Made by a program: the position numbers and the translations under genes. A stretch of 64,000 bases of DNA, from positions 128,001 through 192,000 of the forward strand of contig JAWLHY010000003.1 of assembly GCA_041690135.1 (NCBI GenBank), written 5' to 3'. The notes beneath the pieces are model-generated. The model did no database searches, had not been told where the DNA came from, and worked only from the letters and a program-made list of their open reading frames with translations. The stretch is from Armatimonadota bacterium (GTDB lineage Bacteria; Armatimonadota; SYMT01). Shown in pieces: positions 18,753-28,922 of the stretch; within the stretch, counting starts at the first letter, position 1; every line of letters begins with the position of its first letter.

Positions 18753-20054
18753 CTAACGATGCAACCGTCCCGGAACTGAATCAACCTGCTCCACCACAAG
18801 ATCGCCGGCGTCTCGGCGGGTGGGCATAGATATGTGGCGCGGGGAGGTTTCCTTGGGAAAGGGCTTTCCGTTTTCGTCGAGCCCGTTGGGGCCTACGCTG
18901 TAGAGGAGATAGACCCCACCCCGCCGACGGTACCGGTAGGGGTCCCCGGTGAAGGGATCGGTAGGGAGCACCGCCAGGATCTCGGGGGCGAGCGCCGCCA
19001 GGTCCGCCGGGTAGCGGCCGCGGCGGAGACGGTATTCGTGGAGCGCCAACTGGAGGCGCAACAGCTCCAGGCGCGCCCGGTTCAACTCGGGCATCTCATC
19101 CGTGGGCATTCCGTTCTGGAGCCGGTAAGGGAACCACCCCCGCGGATAGCTGCGATACCGCCGGCGCGGGAAGGGCTGCGCCGCCTCCTCCCGGACCTCT
19201 GCGTACCAGCGTTCCAGCTCCTCGTAACCGGAAGCGCGGGGATAGAGCGACAACAGCGCCCGATCCCGGAGGGCGCCCCAGGGGGTATCGCCTTCTTCCA
19301 GATTTAAAACCTGGCCGAAGCGGTGGGAATCCGTCAAAGCGTGCCGGGCCTGCAGGAGCGTTTCCAACCGGAGCTGCTCCACGCAGTCCTTCCACTCGGG
19401 AAAACGCGGGAGGATCTCTTCCAGGCGCCGCCCGACGGTGCGAGCTTCCACCGCCGTCAGGTAGGGAAGATAAGTGCGCGCGGCCTCTTCCCCCGAACGG
19501 GTCCAGAAGAAGCCGAAACGGTAGTCGACCTCCCGGCCCACCACTGCACTCAAGGCGACAGCGTCCAACGCGGTTTCGAATGCCTTCCCGGCGTGGCCGG
19601 ACTCTCGCTCGAGACGGCTTTGGGCCGTCAGCAGGAGGAGGGCCTCATGGCACCGGGGTAGGGGGAAGTCCGCGAGGTGGGGCCGAACGATCGCTCCGCC
19701 CAGCAAACGGCGCAGTTCGGTCAGGTCTTCCCGGTCGGCCTCCACCGCTTCCCGCAGGACGGGGAGCGGCGCCTCCATGGGCCGGCGGAGGGGTGTCACC
19801 CGCGGCAGGGGCGAGATCCGGTTCAGGGTTTCCACCAGCCGAACGTAACCGTTGTCCGTCGGGAGTGCGCGCTGGGGATAACGGAGCGGCGGGAGTGGCC
19901 GGTTGGACCAGCCCACGTAGCCCATCCCGCCCGCGAACAACAGTACGCCCAACACGAGGAGCGAGGCGCGGGCACTCCACCGGGCGCGCGCCTTTGCGGA
20001 TGGTAGGGGGAAGTGATCTTCGGAGTGCATCGGAGGGACCGTCTCCATTTCCAT
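18753..20054 (-). CDS. Membrane-anchored hypothetical protein with C-terminal GspG-like motif
   Basis: N-terminal TM; LHEYRLRRGRYPADL...LPTDPFTGDPYRY...LYSVGPNGLDENG; start uncertain. Confidence 0.7.
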   Translation of the reverse strand: MEMETVPPMHSEDHFPLPSAKARARWSARASLLVLGVLLFAGGMGYVGWSNRPLPPLRYPQRALPTDNGYVRLVETLNRISPLPRVTPLRRPMEAPLPVLREAVEADREDLTELRRLLGGAIVRPHLADFPLPRCHEALLLLTAQSRLERESGHAGKAFETALDAVALSAVVGREVDYRFGFFWTRSGEEAARTYLPYLTAVEARTVGRRLEEILPRFPEWKDCVEQLRLETLLQARHALTDSHRFGQVLNLEEGDTPWGALRDRALLSLYPRASGYEELERWYAEVREEAAQPFPRRRYRSYPRGWFPYRLQNGMPTDEMPELNRARLELLRLQLALHEYRLRRGRYPADLAALAPEILAVLPTDPFTGDPYRYRRRGGVYLLYSVGPNGLDENGKPFPKETSPRHISMPTRRDAGDLVVEQVDSVPGRLHR

Positions 20055-20439
20055 CCCTGGGAAGTCACGCTGACGAAGAAGACGGCGGAAGCACGTCAAG
20101 CGTTTCGCATCCCTCTACCCAAAGAGGCCTCTCCCGGCATCTGTCGTGCGACAGTATGGCTCTGTAGACTCGTCTTCTCTTGTGCGATCGGTCCCGGCTG
20201 CCGAATCCGGTATTAGCACGAACGCTATTGCACCGGTAGCCTTTCAATTGGTGGCTAAAGTCGCAGGCGGGAACGGCACAAAACCTCCACCACACCCACA
20301 AGTGGGGGTCGAATGGACGGCCGTGGGCTCGCTGCTCACCATTCACTCCCGTGGCAAAAGCAGTTTCCACGCACGCAAGCAGTAACTCGTTGTTGTCATT
20401 GCCAGCAGTCTACACCCTTCTCCGTCTCCGAAAGCCCTC

Positions 20440-21330
20440 ATGCCCTCCCGCATCTGCCCTCCTTCGGTAAGCAATCGTTTTCATTGGTTGCTTCCCCTGT
20501 TGGCGATCTCGTGGACGGGAGGATCCGCCGGTGCCGCACCGGAAGTCCCCTCTCCGCCGCCAGCACCATTGGCATCAACGCTCCTGGCGCCGGAGTACTT
20601 GTCTCCGGACTTTTCGGCACCGCCGGCCCCGGTAGCGGCAGCGGAGGAGGAAGCCTCGGAGCCGCCGGTCACCGGCGGGATGGAAGTGGACTATGTATCC
20701 CGCTATATGTGGCGCGGGCAGCGGTGGAGCCGCGGGCCGGTGCTGCAGCCGAGCGGCTGGATCTCCGCGCGCGATTTCACCTTCAGCGTCTGGAGCAACT
20801 TCGTCCTGGGGGAGGAGCTGCAACAGGGCAAATTCAACGAGGTGGACTTCTATCTTTCCTATGCGGGCCACTGGGGAAAGCTGACGATCGAGCCTACCTT
20901 TCAGCACTACGTCTACCCGGGCCAGAACCACTCACCGCCGACGGGCGAGGTGGCGCTCAAGCTGGCATACCCCCTGGTGGGAGGGACCGCGTTCTTCGCC
21001 ACCCAGACCTGGGACGTGCTGGAGTACGGCGGCTCCTACTTCCTGGAAACGGGCCTGGAATGGGAGCGGGAAGTGGATGCCCGGACTACGGCGGAAGCGG
21101 CCTTCACGTTGGGCATCGGCTCGGGACGATTCAACGAGGTGTACATCGGTCCGCACGTCACGGCGCTGAACGCCGTGGTCTTCGAGGCGGCCGTGACCCA
21201 CTACCTCACCGACAAACTCTATATCAAGCCGCACCTGGGGATCAGCACCATCCTGGATGGGCACCTCCGCGACCAACTTCGCGGTCCGGACACCGTCTAT
21301 GCAGGTATTCTGGTCGGCAGCGATCTGTAG
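20440..21330 (+). CDS. Putative outer-membrane beta-barrel (TIGR02001/TorF-like)
   Basis: Signal peptide, VSRYMWRG...PVLQP, EVDFYLSY, alternating aromatic strands. Confidence 0.65.
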   Translation: MPSRICPPSVSNRFHWLLPLLAISWTGGSAGAAPEVPSPPPAPLASTLLAPEYLSPDFSAPPAPVAAAEEEASEPPVTGGMEVDYVSRYMWRGQRWSRGPVLQPSGWISARDFTFSVWSNFVLGEELQQGKFNEVDFYLSYAGHWGKLTIEPTFQHYVYPGQNHSPPTGEVALKLAYPLVGGTAFFATQTWDVLEYGGSYFLETGLEWEREVDARTTAEAAFTLGIGSGRFNEVYIGPHVTALNAVVFEAAVTHYLTDKLYIKPHLGISTILDGHLRDQLRGPDTVYAGILVGSDL

Positions 21331-21342
21331 CGAGCAATTACC

Positions 21343-24300
21343 GTGACCCTGCGCAAGAAAACCCTCTTCCTCTTCAGCCTCATCCTGCTGGGATTGGTCC
21401 TTTCCCTGTCGCTGGTGAACCGGGCCATCCTGTTCAGCGGATTCCGGCAGGTGGAACAGCGCCTGGTCCGTCGGAACATGACGCGCGCCCGGGCCATGCT
21501 GGAGGACTCCGCCGCGAAACTGGCTACGACGACGCAGGACTGGGCGTACTGGGACGATACGTACCGTTATGTGATCGGAGAGAACCGGTCCTACATTTCG
21601 GATAATTGCCAGAATGCCAGCCTCGCGACCCTCGGCCTGAGCCTCTTCCTGGTACAGGACCGCTCCGGCAAGCGCGTCTGGGGCACCGGGTTCGACCCAG
21701 GTAGGGGCGTAAAGACCGCGCTTTCCCCCGACATCCAGAAGTGGTTCACCGCCGGGCGTCTGGAGAAACTGCGCGGCCGGTTCGGCCGGGAGATCGCCGG
21801 TTTATTGCTCCTGGAAGACGGCCCCATGCTGGTAGCCGCCCGCCCGATCCTGCGCAGCAGTCAGGAAGGACCGGCCGTGGGCACGCTCATCTTCGGCCAG
21901 AAGCTCGACGAAGCGGCGTTTAGCAAGCTGTCTAAATTGACCCAGCTCAAACTGGGGTTCGAGCGCATCGGGGAAGGCAGCGCCTGGCAGACGGCTCTTC
22001 CGCACGCCGAACTCGGGCGGGATGAGGTAGTGGATCGCCCTCTCGATGAAAGCCGGATTGCCGGGTACACTGCGCTGCGGGATCTCTTCGACGCCCCGGT
22101 GCTGGTGCTGCGCGCGGAGATGCCGCGTGAAGCCTACCGGGAAGGAAAAGAGAGTGTCCGTCTCCTCGTCCTGTCCATCCTGGTGGCCGGTTTTGTGTTC
22201 GGGGTCGCAGCCCTCCTACTGATCGAGCGCTCCGTGCTCGGGCGCCTGGCAAGCCTCGACCGGGCTGTCAGCGAAGTGAGCGCCAGCGGCAGCCTGGAAC
22301 AGCGGGTCAAACTGGCCGGAAAGGACGAACTGGCTCGGCTCGCGGCCTCGATCAACCGGATGCTCGAGGCACTCCAGGGGTCGCAGGCCCGACAACGGAA
22401 GAGCGAGGCGGAGTACCGGCGGATCCTGGACACGGCCTATGAGGGGGTGCTGACCCTCGACTCCGCCGGGGTAATCACCTACGCCAACACCCGGATGGCG
22501 GAGATGTTGGGCGGCTCACCGGAGAAACTGGTCGGGCGACCGCTCCTGGACTGCATGCCGCCCGGAGACCTCGTGGCGGGTGGGGAACTCCTCGACCGGC
22601 TGCGGGCCGGCGCGAAAGAGCAGGTGGAACTGCGCCTGCGGTCCGAAGGAGGAGCAATGCTCTGGGTCCTGGCCTCGGTCAATCCGATTCATACCGAGTG
22701 CGGTGAGCCGGCCGGCGCCCTGGGAATGTTCACGGACGTTACCGAGCGGAAGCGGACGGAGCGGGCGTTGCACGAGGCCAAGGAAGCAGCCGAGGCGGCG
22801 ACCCGCGCCAAGAGCGAGTTCCTGGCGAACATGAGTCACGAGATCCGCACGCCCATGAACGGCATCATCGGGATGACGGAGCTAGCCCTGGAAACCGACC
22901 TGACCTCGGAGCAGCGCGAGTACCTGGAGATGGTCCGCACCTCCGCCGACTCGCTCCTTACGGTCATCAACGACATCCTCGACTTTTCGAAGATCGAAAC
23001 GGGCAAACTCCAGTTCGAGCGCGTGCCGTTCAGCATCGAAGAGTGCGTCGCCCATGCGGTCAAGTCCCTGGCAGTGCGGGCCGATCAGAAGCAGCTCGAG
23101 CTGGCCTACCATCTCCATCCGGAGTTGCCGGAAGCGGTGCTGGGCGATCCCGACCGCCTGCGCCAGGTGCTGATGAACCTGATCGGCAACGCCATCAAAT
23201 TCACGGACACGGGCGAAGTGGTGCTGGAGGTGGGCCCCGAGCCCCCCAGTTCGACCTGCTCCGCCACGCCGGGCGGGAGCCGAGAGGCTGTGCGGCTCCA
23301 CTTCTCCGTGCGGGATACGGGCATCGGCATTCCCGTCGATAAGCAGCGTTCGATCTTTGAGGCCTTTACCCAGGCGGATAGCTCCACCACGCGCCGTTAC
23401 GGAGGGACGGGCCTCGGACTCTCGATCTCCAAGCGCCTGGTAGGGCTGATGGGCGGTGCGATCTGGGTGGAGAGCGAGCCGGATCAGGGAAGCACGTTTC
23501 ACTTCACCGCGCGCTTCGCTCCCACGCAGGCTCCACCGAGAACTGTCCCCCGGGCCGACCTGGCCGACCTGCACGGCATGCCCGTCCTGGTGGTGGACGA
23601 CAACGCCACCAACCGCCGCATCCTGCAGGAGTTGCTGTTCCACTGGGGCCTCAACCCCACCCTGGTGCCGAGCGGCCGAGCCGCGCTGGAGGCGCTGCGC
23701 CGGTCCGCGGAGGCGGGGCAGCCCTACTCGCTGGCTCTGCTGGACGCGATGATGCCGGAGATGGACGGCTTTACCCTGGCAGAGACGATCCGCCGCGACT
23801 CCCGCCTGGCCCAAACCGTGCTGGTGATGCTCTCCTCCGCCGGACATCCCGAGCACGTGGTGCGGGCCGGAGAGATCGGTCTCGATGCCTACCTGTCAAA
23901 ACCGGTCCGGCCTTCGGAGTTGTTCGACCGGATCGCCCAGATCTTCCACGGCCACAGCCTGCTGCATCCCTCCGCGGATCTGGCGGCGGGGGCCGGAAAG
24001 ACCTCCGCCCAACCCGCTTCTGCCGAACACCCCCTCCGGATCCTGCTGGCGGAGGACAACCTGGTCAACCAGCGGCTGGCGGTACGGCTGCTCGCGCGAC
24101 ATGGTCACACCGTGATCCTGGCAAACAACGGCGAGGAGGCGGTGGCCCAGTGGGAACGACAGCCGGTCGATGTGGTGCTGATGGACATCCAGATGCCGGT
24201 GTGCAACGGGTTTGAGGCTGCACAGACGATCCGGCGCAGAGAGCAAGAAGGGCACTTGACCGCGGAGGGAACTAATGGCCGTCACACACCCATTGTCGCA

Positions 24301-24837
24301 CTGACGGCCCTGGCGATGGCGGGGGACCGGGAGCGCTGCCTCGCCGCCGGGATGGACGGCTACGTCTCCAAGCCGCTGCGCGCGGAAGAGCTTTTCCGTG
24401 TGCTAGAAGAGGTGACTCCGGAAAGCGCCGCAAGTTTGACAGAATGCCCCGCGATCACCGAGGCCGATGCTCCGCTCCCGCCGCTCGATATCGCATCGCT
24501 GGCGGAGCGCTTCTCGGACGATCCGGACCTCCTGCGAGAGTTGGCAGGTCTCTTCCTTCAGGAGACCCCGGCGCTGCTCACCTCCGCCCAGGAGGCGTTA
24601 TCCCGCGGCGATAGCTCCGCACTTGCGTTCTCCGGGCATACGCTCAAGGGAATGGCGAGTTCCCTGTGCGCGCCGGCGGTGGTGGAAGCGGCCCGGCGCC
24701 TGGAGCACGCCGGGCGGGACCAGCAACTGAACGCGGCGGCCCCGGCACTACGGGAGTTGGATCAAGCCCTGAAGGAACTGCTGGGGTCTATGCAAAAGCT
24801 GGCAGTAGATGGATCCCTTTCGCACGGGGGCGACTGA
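21343..24837 (+). CDS. Hybrid sensor histidine kinase CHASE4-HAMP-PAS-HisKA-HATPase-REC-REC-Hpt
   Basis: DWAYWDDTY (CHASE4), FLANMSHEIRTPMN, NAIKFT, GGTGLGL, two receivers, HTLKG Hpt. Confidence 0.95.
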   Translation: MTLRKKTLFLFSLILLGLVLSLSLVNRAILFSGFRQVEQRLVRRNMTRARAMLEDSAAKLATTTQDWAYWDDTYRYVIGENRSYISDNCQNASLATLGLSLFLVQDRSGKRVWGTGFDPGRGVKTALSPDIQKWFTAGRLEKLRGRFGREIAGLLLLEDGPMLVAARPILRSSQEGPAVGTLIFGQKLDEAAFSKLSKLTQLKLGFERIGEGSAWQTALPHAELGRDEVVDRPLDESRIAGYTALRDLFDAPVLVLRAEMPREAYREGKESVRLLVLSILVAGFVFGVAALLLIERSVLGRLASLDRAVSEVSASGSLEQRVKLAGKDELARLAASINRMLEALQGSQARQRKSEAEYRRILDTAYEGVLTLDSAGVITYANTRMAEMLGGSPEKLVGRPLLDCMPPGDLVAGGELLDRLRAGAKEQVELRLRSEGGAMLWVLASVNPIHTECGEPAGALGMFTDVTERKRTERALHEAKEAAEAATRAKSEFLANMSHEIRTPMNGIIGMTELALETDLTSEQREYLEMVRTSADSLLTVINDILDFSKIETGKLQFERVPFSIEECVAHAVKSLAVRADQKQLELAYHLHPELPEAVLGDPDRLRQVLMNLIGNAIKFTDTGEVVLEVGPEPPSSTCSATPGGSREAVRLHFSVRDTGIGIPVDKQRSIFEAFTQADSSTTRRYGGTGLGLSISKRLVGLMGGAIWVESEPDQGSTFHFTARFAPTQAPPRTVPRADLADLHGMPVLVVDDNATNRRILQELLFHWGLNPTLVPSGRAALEALRRSAEAGQPYSLALLDAMMPEMDGFTLAETIRRDSRLAQTVLVMLSSAGHPEHVVRAGEIGLDAYLSKPVRPSELFDRIAQIFHGHSLLHPSADLAAGAGKTSAQPASAEHPLRILLAEDNLVNQRLAVRLLARHGHTVILANNGEEAVAQWERQPVDVVLMDIQMPVCNGFEAAQTIRRREQEGHLTAEGTNGRHTPIVALTALAMAGDRERCLAAGMDGYVSKPLRAEELFRVLEEVTPESAASLTECPAITEADAPLPPLDIASLAERFSDDPDLLRELAGLFLQETPALLTSAQEALSRGDSSALAFSGHTLKGMASSLCAPAVVEAARRLEHAGRDQQLNAAAPALRELDQALKELLGSMQKLAVDGSLSHGGD

Positions 24838-24959
24838 AGTCGCGTGCTGGAACGGCACGAAGTCCGCCTGCGCGGACTAGGGAGCCTCGGGATCTTCGAT
24901 CTATGTCCCAAAATTCGTAAGTCCTGGTTGAAAGGTCCCGAAGCAGGAAGAGGTGGACC

Positions 24960-25349
24960 ATGCGATGTTCCAAGTGCGGTTCGGAGGCGGCTGAGGTCAA
25001 GAAGTTCTGCGCCGAGTGCGGGGCGCCGTTCGTGGCCCGGGAAGAGGCGGTGCCGGTCCCCGGTGAGGCCGGGGCGTATTACTGCCACCGCCACAAAAAG
25101 GAACCGACCCGGGTGACGTGTGGCCGCTGCGAAGCACCGGTTTGCACGCGCTGCGCGGTCCACGGCCCCGTCGGCGTGCGGTGCCGGGAATGCGCGAAGA
25201 ACCGGGTCCCCCTCCGGCCGATGGGGGTCCTCCACAGCGCGGGCAAGACGATGGATTCCCCCGCCGGCCGGACAGTGTGGTACCTCGCGATCTGGTACTT
25301 CGTGGTGAATACTTTCACCAACCTTTTCGGAGGCGGGGGAGACTCCTAA
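24960..25349 (+). CDS. Zinc-ribbon plus B-box-type zinc-finger protein with C-terminal hydrophobic helix
   Basis: CSKC..CAEC; CHRH..CGRC..CTRC..CREC; SD GAGGTG upstream. Confidence 0.78.
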   Translation: MRCSKCGSEAAEVKKFCAECGAPFVAREEAVPVPGEAGAYYCHRHKKEPTRVTCGRCEAPVCTRCAVHGPVGVRCRECAKNRVPLRPMGVLHSAGKTMDSPAGRTVWYLAIWYFVVNTFTNLFGGGGDS

Positions 25350-26452
25350 TCCAATTGCCCAAAGGGTAGGTCTTGCGGTATCGGGGCGGGGCGCTCGTAA
25401 TCGAGGGCGGGGTTGACCGTGCGGCCCTCTTGCGACGACTCGAGGAAACCCTGCATCAGGTCGAGGACCACGAAGGCCTGCTCTCCGCTGGCGCGGTGGG
25501 GTCGCCCCGTGCGGACGGCATGGGCCAAATCGGCGAGGCCCACGGCCCGGCCGTAGCCGGTGGGGAAGGTGTGCGGTACTTCCCGCCACTCTTCTTCGCC
25601 TTCCTTGCGCAGGAGGACCGGCCCGTCGAAGTGGTTCGGGTCGGGGACCTTCATCGCCCCCTCGGTGCCATAGATCACGATCGGATGCTTCCGGTCGTAG
25701 TCGGCGTGCATGATGGCGAAGCTGGTGACCAGGGTGCCCACCGCCCCACAGAGGAACTCCAGCATGCCGCTGATGTGGTCGGGGGTCTCCACCTGAACCT
25801 TTTTGCCGTGCTTGGGCTGGCTGGTGATGGTCCGTTCCGGGATGGCGATGGAGGTCATGCCGCTGATCCGGCGCACCGGCCCGAGCAGGTTCAAGAGCGC
25901 GGTGAGGTAATAGGGACCCATGTCGAACATCGGGCCGCCCCCAACCTCGTAGTAGAACTCCGGGCTGGGGTGCCACGACTCGGGTCCCCGCCCCATCATG
26001 AAAGCGGTGAAGGAGACGGGGCAGCCGATGGCGCCCTGGTCCAGCAACCGGCGGGCGGTCTGGATGCCGGCGCCGAGGAAGGTATCCGGAGCGCAGCCGA
26101 CCCGCAGGTTACGGTCGCGCGCGGCGTCGAGGACCGCCTCCCCTTCCTCGCGACTGATACCGAGCGGCTTCTCCGCATAGGTGTGCTTGCCGGCCGCCAG
26201 CGTCTGGAGCGCCACGGACGCGTGCGCCTTGGGGACGGTGAGGTTCAACACCACCTCGATGGAGGGATCGGCCAGCAACTCCTCGACGGTGAGGACCTGG
26301 GGCACGCCGAACTCTTCCGCGCGAGCGCGGGCCTTCTCCGGATCGAGGTCGGAGAGCGCGGCCACCTCCAGGATCGGAAAGTTGGGGGCCATCTTCAGGT
26401 AGGCCGCGCTGATGGCGCCGCAGCCGATGAAACCAACACGAACTCTTTCCAT
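25346..26452 (-). CDS. Gfo/Idh/MocA family oxidoreductase
   Basis: GCGAIS, YAEKPL, DMGPYY. Confidence 0.92.
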   Translation of the reverse strand: MERVRVGFIGCGAISAAYLKMAPNFPILEVAALSDLDPEKARARAEEFGVPQVLTVEELLADPSIEVVLNLTVPKAHASVALQTLAAGKHTYAEKPLGISREEGEAVLDAARDRNLRVGCAPDTFLGAGIQTARRLLDQGAIGCPVSFTAFMMGRGPESWHPSPEFYYEVGGGPMFDMGPYYLTALLNLLGPVRRISGMTSIAIPERTITSQPKHGKKVQVETPDHISGMLEFLCGAVGTLVTSFAIMHADYDRKHPIVIYGTEGAMKVPDPNHFDGPVLLRKEGEEEWREVPHTFPTGYGRAVGLADLAHAVRTGRPHRASGEQAFVVLDLMQGFLESSQEGRTVNPALDYERPAPIPQDLPFGQLD

Positions 26453-26468
26453 AACCCGCTGTAGCCCT

Positions 26469-27359
26469 CTATTTCTTCTGCAAGTGCTGGTCGAACCACT
26501 CCGCCAGGGTGTAGATATCGGTGGCCAGCTCCGGCCAGCCGTGAGCCTTGCCCTTTTTCACGACGAGACGTCCGGGCACGCCGGCTGCCTCGATCTTCTT
26601 AATAACGACCTCGGCCTGCTGGATCGGGACGAGCTTGTCCTGGTCCCCGTGGATGATCAGGGTCGGCGGCATCCGGGGGGTGACGTAGGTGATGGGTGAG
26701 ATCGCCCGGGCCACGGACTCCAGTTCGGACGGCTCCTCCGATTTCGCGCCGAACGCCGCCCGGAACCGCTTCAACTCTTCCACCGTCAGGGCATTCCGGT
26801 CCGGCTGGCCGTAGTTCAGGAAATCGGTGGGGGGATAGAAACACGCCACTGCCTGCACCCGGCTGCTTTCGCGGTCGACCGGGTCCTTCGCCTGGGGATT
26901 GCCTTCTTTACCTCGCGCACCTTGCATGAGCGAGAGGTGGCCGCCCGCGCTGCCGCCGGAGATGCCGAGCCGATTCGGGTCCACGCCGTACTCTTGGGCA
27001 TGGTGGCGCACGAAGCGCACGGCCCGGTCGATATCCTCCACGATCTCGGGGATCGCGTACTTCGGCTGGCTGCCGTGTACCACGGCGAAAACGGTGTACC
27101 CGCGGTCCGTGAATGGTTTCGCGAAGCCGGGATTGATCGCCTCGTGAGAGGAGAACCAGCCCCCGCTCACCATGAACAGCACGCCGGCTCCGTTGGGCTT
27201 GGCAGGCTTGAAGATATCCATGGTCAGGGCCACGCCGTGCTTCTTCCGGTAGATCACGTCCCGGATGCGGGCGGAATCCTGGGCCCGAACCGGGCCGCGG
27301 AAGCCGAGGCCGGTCAATAACAGCGTGCCTGTGGCGATCAATAAACTCCGGCGATGCAT
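26469..27359 (-). CDS. Secreted alpha/beta hydrolase (esterase/lipase)
   Basis: SGGW oxyanion motif, GGSAGGHL, HGDQDKLV, HGW; signal MHRRSLL. Confidence 0.9.
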   Translation of the reverse strand: MHRRSLLIATGTLLLTGLGFRGPVRAQDSARIRDVIYRKKHGVALTMDIFKPAKPNGAGVLFMVSGGWFSSHEAINPGFAKPFTDRGYTVFAVVHGSQPKYAIPEIVEDIDRAVRFVRHHAQEYGVDPNRLGISGGSAGGHLSLMQGARGKEGNPQAKDPVDRESSRVQAVACFYPPTDFLNYGQPDRNALTVEELKRFRAAFGAKSEEPSELESVARAISPITYVTPRMPPTLIIHGDQDKLVPIQQAEVVIKKIEAAGVPGRLVVKKGKAHGWPELATDIYTLAEWFDQHLQKK

Positions 27360-27550
27360 CGTTGCCCCCCAGCTGCGCGGATTACGATAAGGATAAGGAT
27401 GGCCGGAACCCAAGCCTGGCTAGAGACGGCCCTGGACGCCGCCTAACACCTATGCCCCCCAAACTCGCTTGTATGAGGAGTAAGCTCGGCACCTTAGATC
27501 GCGGGCAAGGGCTCGGGTCTCCGCCAGTTAGCTTCCGAACGGGTCGCCGT

Positions 27551-28660
27551 TTACCCTTCTGAATCTTCGACATGGGCACCGTAGCCATAGGCCGACTGGC
27601 GCATGAGGTGGTCGGCGAGGACGAGGGCGACCATGGCCTCGACTCCGGGTACGGCGCGGGGGAGGACGCACGGGTCGTGGCGGCCGCGCGCTTTGTAGGT
27701 GACCTCTTCGCCCGTGAGGGTGACGGTCTGCTGCTCCTGCATGATGGTGGCGGTCGGCTTGAAGGCGACGCGCAGGATCAGGTCTTCCCCGTTGGAGATG
27801 CCGCCCTGGATGCCGCCGGAGTGGTTGGTGAGGGTGCGGACCCGCCCTTCGCGGATGACGAACGGGTCGTTGTGGGTGGAGCCGCGCATCAGGATGCTGC
27901 CGAAGCCCTCGCCTACTTCGAAGCCGCGCGCCGCCGGCAGCGACATCAACGCCTTGGCCAGGTCGCCGGTTAGCTTGTCGAAGACCGGCTCGCCGAGGCC
28001 GGGCGGTACGTTCCGGGCCACGACCTCGACGATACCGCCGAGGGAGTCGCCGTCGCTGCGGGCCTGGATGATGGCGGCCTCCATACGGGCCGCCGCCTCA
28101 GGATCCGGGCAGCGGACGTCGTTGCTGTCGACCTGCGAGCGGGTCACGGTGGAGGGGTCGACCTCGCCGCGGAGGTCGCTGACCTGGAGCACGTAGCCGA
28201 CGATGTCGATCCCGCACCGGTGCGCCAGCAGTTGGCGCGCCACGGCGCCGCCGGCTACCCGGCCGATGGCCTCCCGGTAAGAGGCGCGGCCGCCGCCGCG
28301 GTAGTCGCGGATCCCGTGCTTCGCGTGATAGGTGTAGTCCGCGTGGCTCGGCCGCACCTTCGTCTGGAGCTCGCTGTAATCTTTAGAGCGCGCGTCCGCA
28401 TTGCGGACCACCATTCCCAGCGGCGTGCCGGTGGTGACCCCTTCGAACAGGCCGGACTGGATCTCGACCTCGTCCTCTTCCTTGCGCTGGGTGGTGATGC
28501 GACTCTGCCCGGGGCGGCGACGGTCCAGCTCTTCCTGGACCATCTCCCGTGTGAGCGGAAGGCCCGCCGGGCATCCATCCACCACGCAGCCGACCGCGGG
28601 GCCGTGCGATTCGCCCCACGTGGTGACTCTGAAAACCTTACCGAATGTACTGCCTGCCAT
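27551..28660 (-). CDS. aroC: Chorismate synthase
   Basis: [40 protein letters not shown]. Confidence 0.97.
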   Translation of the reverse strand: MAGSTFGKVFRVTTWGESHGPAVGCVVDGCPAGLPLTREMVQEELDRRRPGQSRITTQRKEEDEVEIQSGLFEGVTTGTPLGMVVRNADARSKDYSELQTKVRPSHADYTYHAKHGIRDYRGGGRASYREAIGRVAGGAVARQLLAHRCGIDIVGYVLQVSDLRGEVDPSTVTRSQVDSNDVRCPDPEAAARMEAAIIQARSDGDSLGGIVEVVARNVPPGLGEPVFDKLTGDLAKALMSLPAARGFEVGEGFGSILMRGSTHNDPFVIREGRVRTLTNHSGGIQGGISNGEDLILRVAFKPTATIMQEQQTVTLTGEEVTYKARGRHDPCVLPRAVPGVEAMVALVLADHLMRQSAYGYGAHVEDSEG

Positions 28661-28861
28661 AGGTGAAGTGTATCCGCTCCATCGGGGGTAGACATGGGTG
28701 CTATACTGGCATCAACGCCGGATTTATCGCGTATCGACGAGAACTATCGGGTGACCGCATCGGACCGGGTGGCGGTTGATCGCGCAACTGCAGGCGGGAC
28801 TAGGCGGTGGGCGGAGATTGAGAGTTAAGCAGCACCGGCACGGTCGGTGGTGTGCGGCTGG

Positions 28862-28908
28862 GCGAGTAAACTCGCGACTACAAACGGCAAAGCCTGCCTC
28901 CGCAGGCT
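28862..28908. repeat. REP-like double hairpin
   Basis: GCGAGT-AA-ACTCGC, CTAC (GTAG on minus strand), AGCCTGC-CTCC-GCAGGCT. Confidence 0.6.
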
Positions 28909-28922
28909 GTGGAGATCCATGA

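Noticed and set aside
28862-28908. c-di-GMP-I riboswitch, suggested by GGCAAAGCC and two hairpins
   Set aside because: No GNRA/receptor architecture; better fits a GTAG-type REP double hairpin
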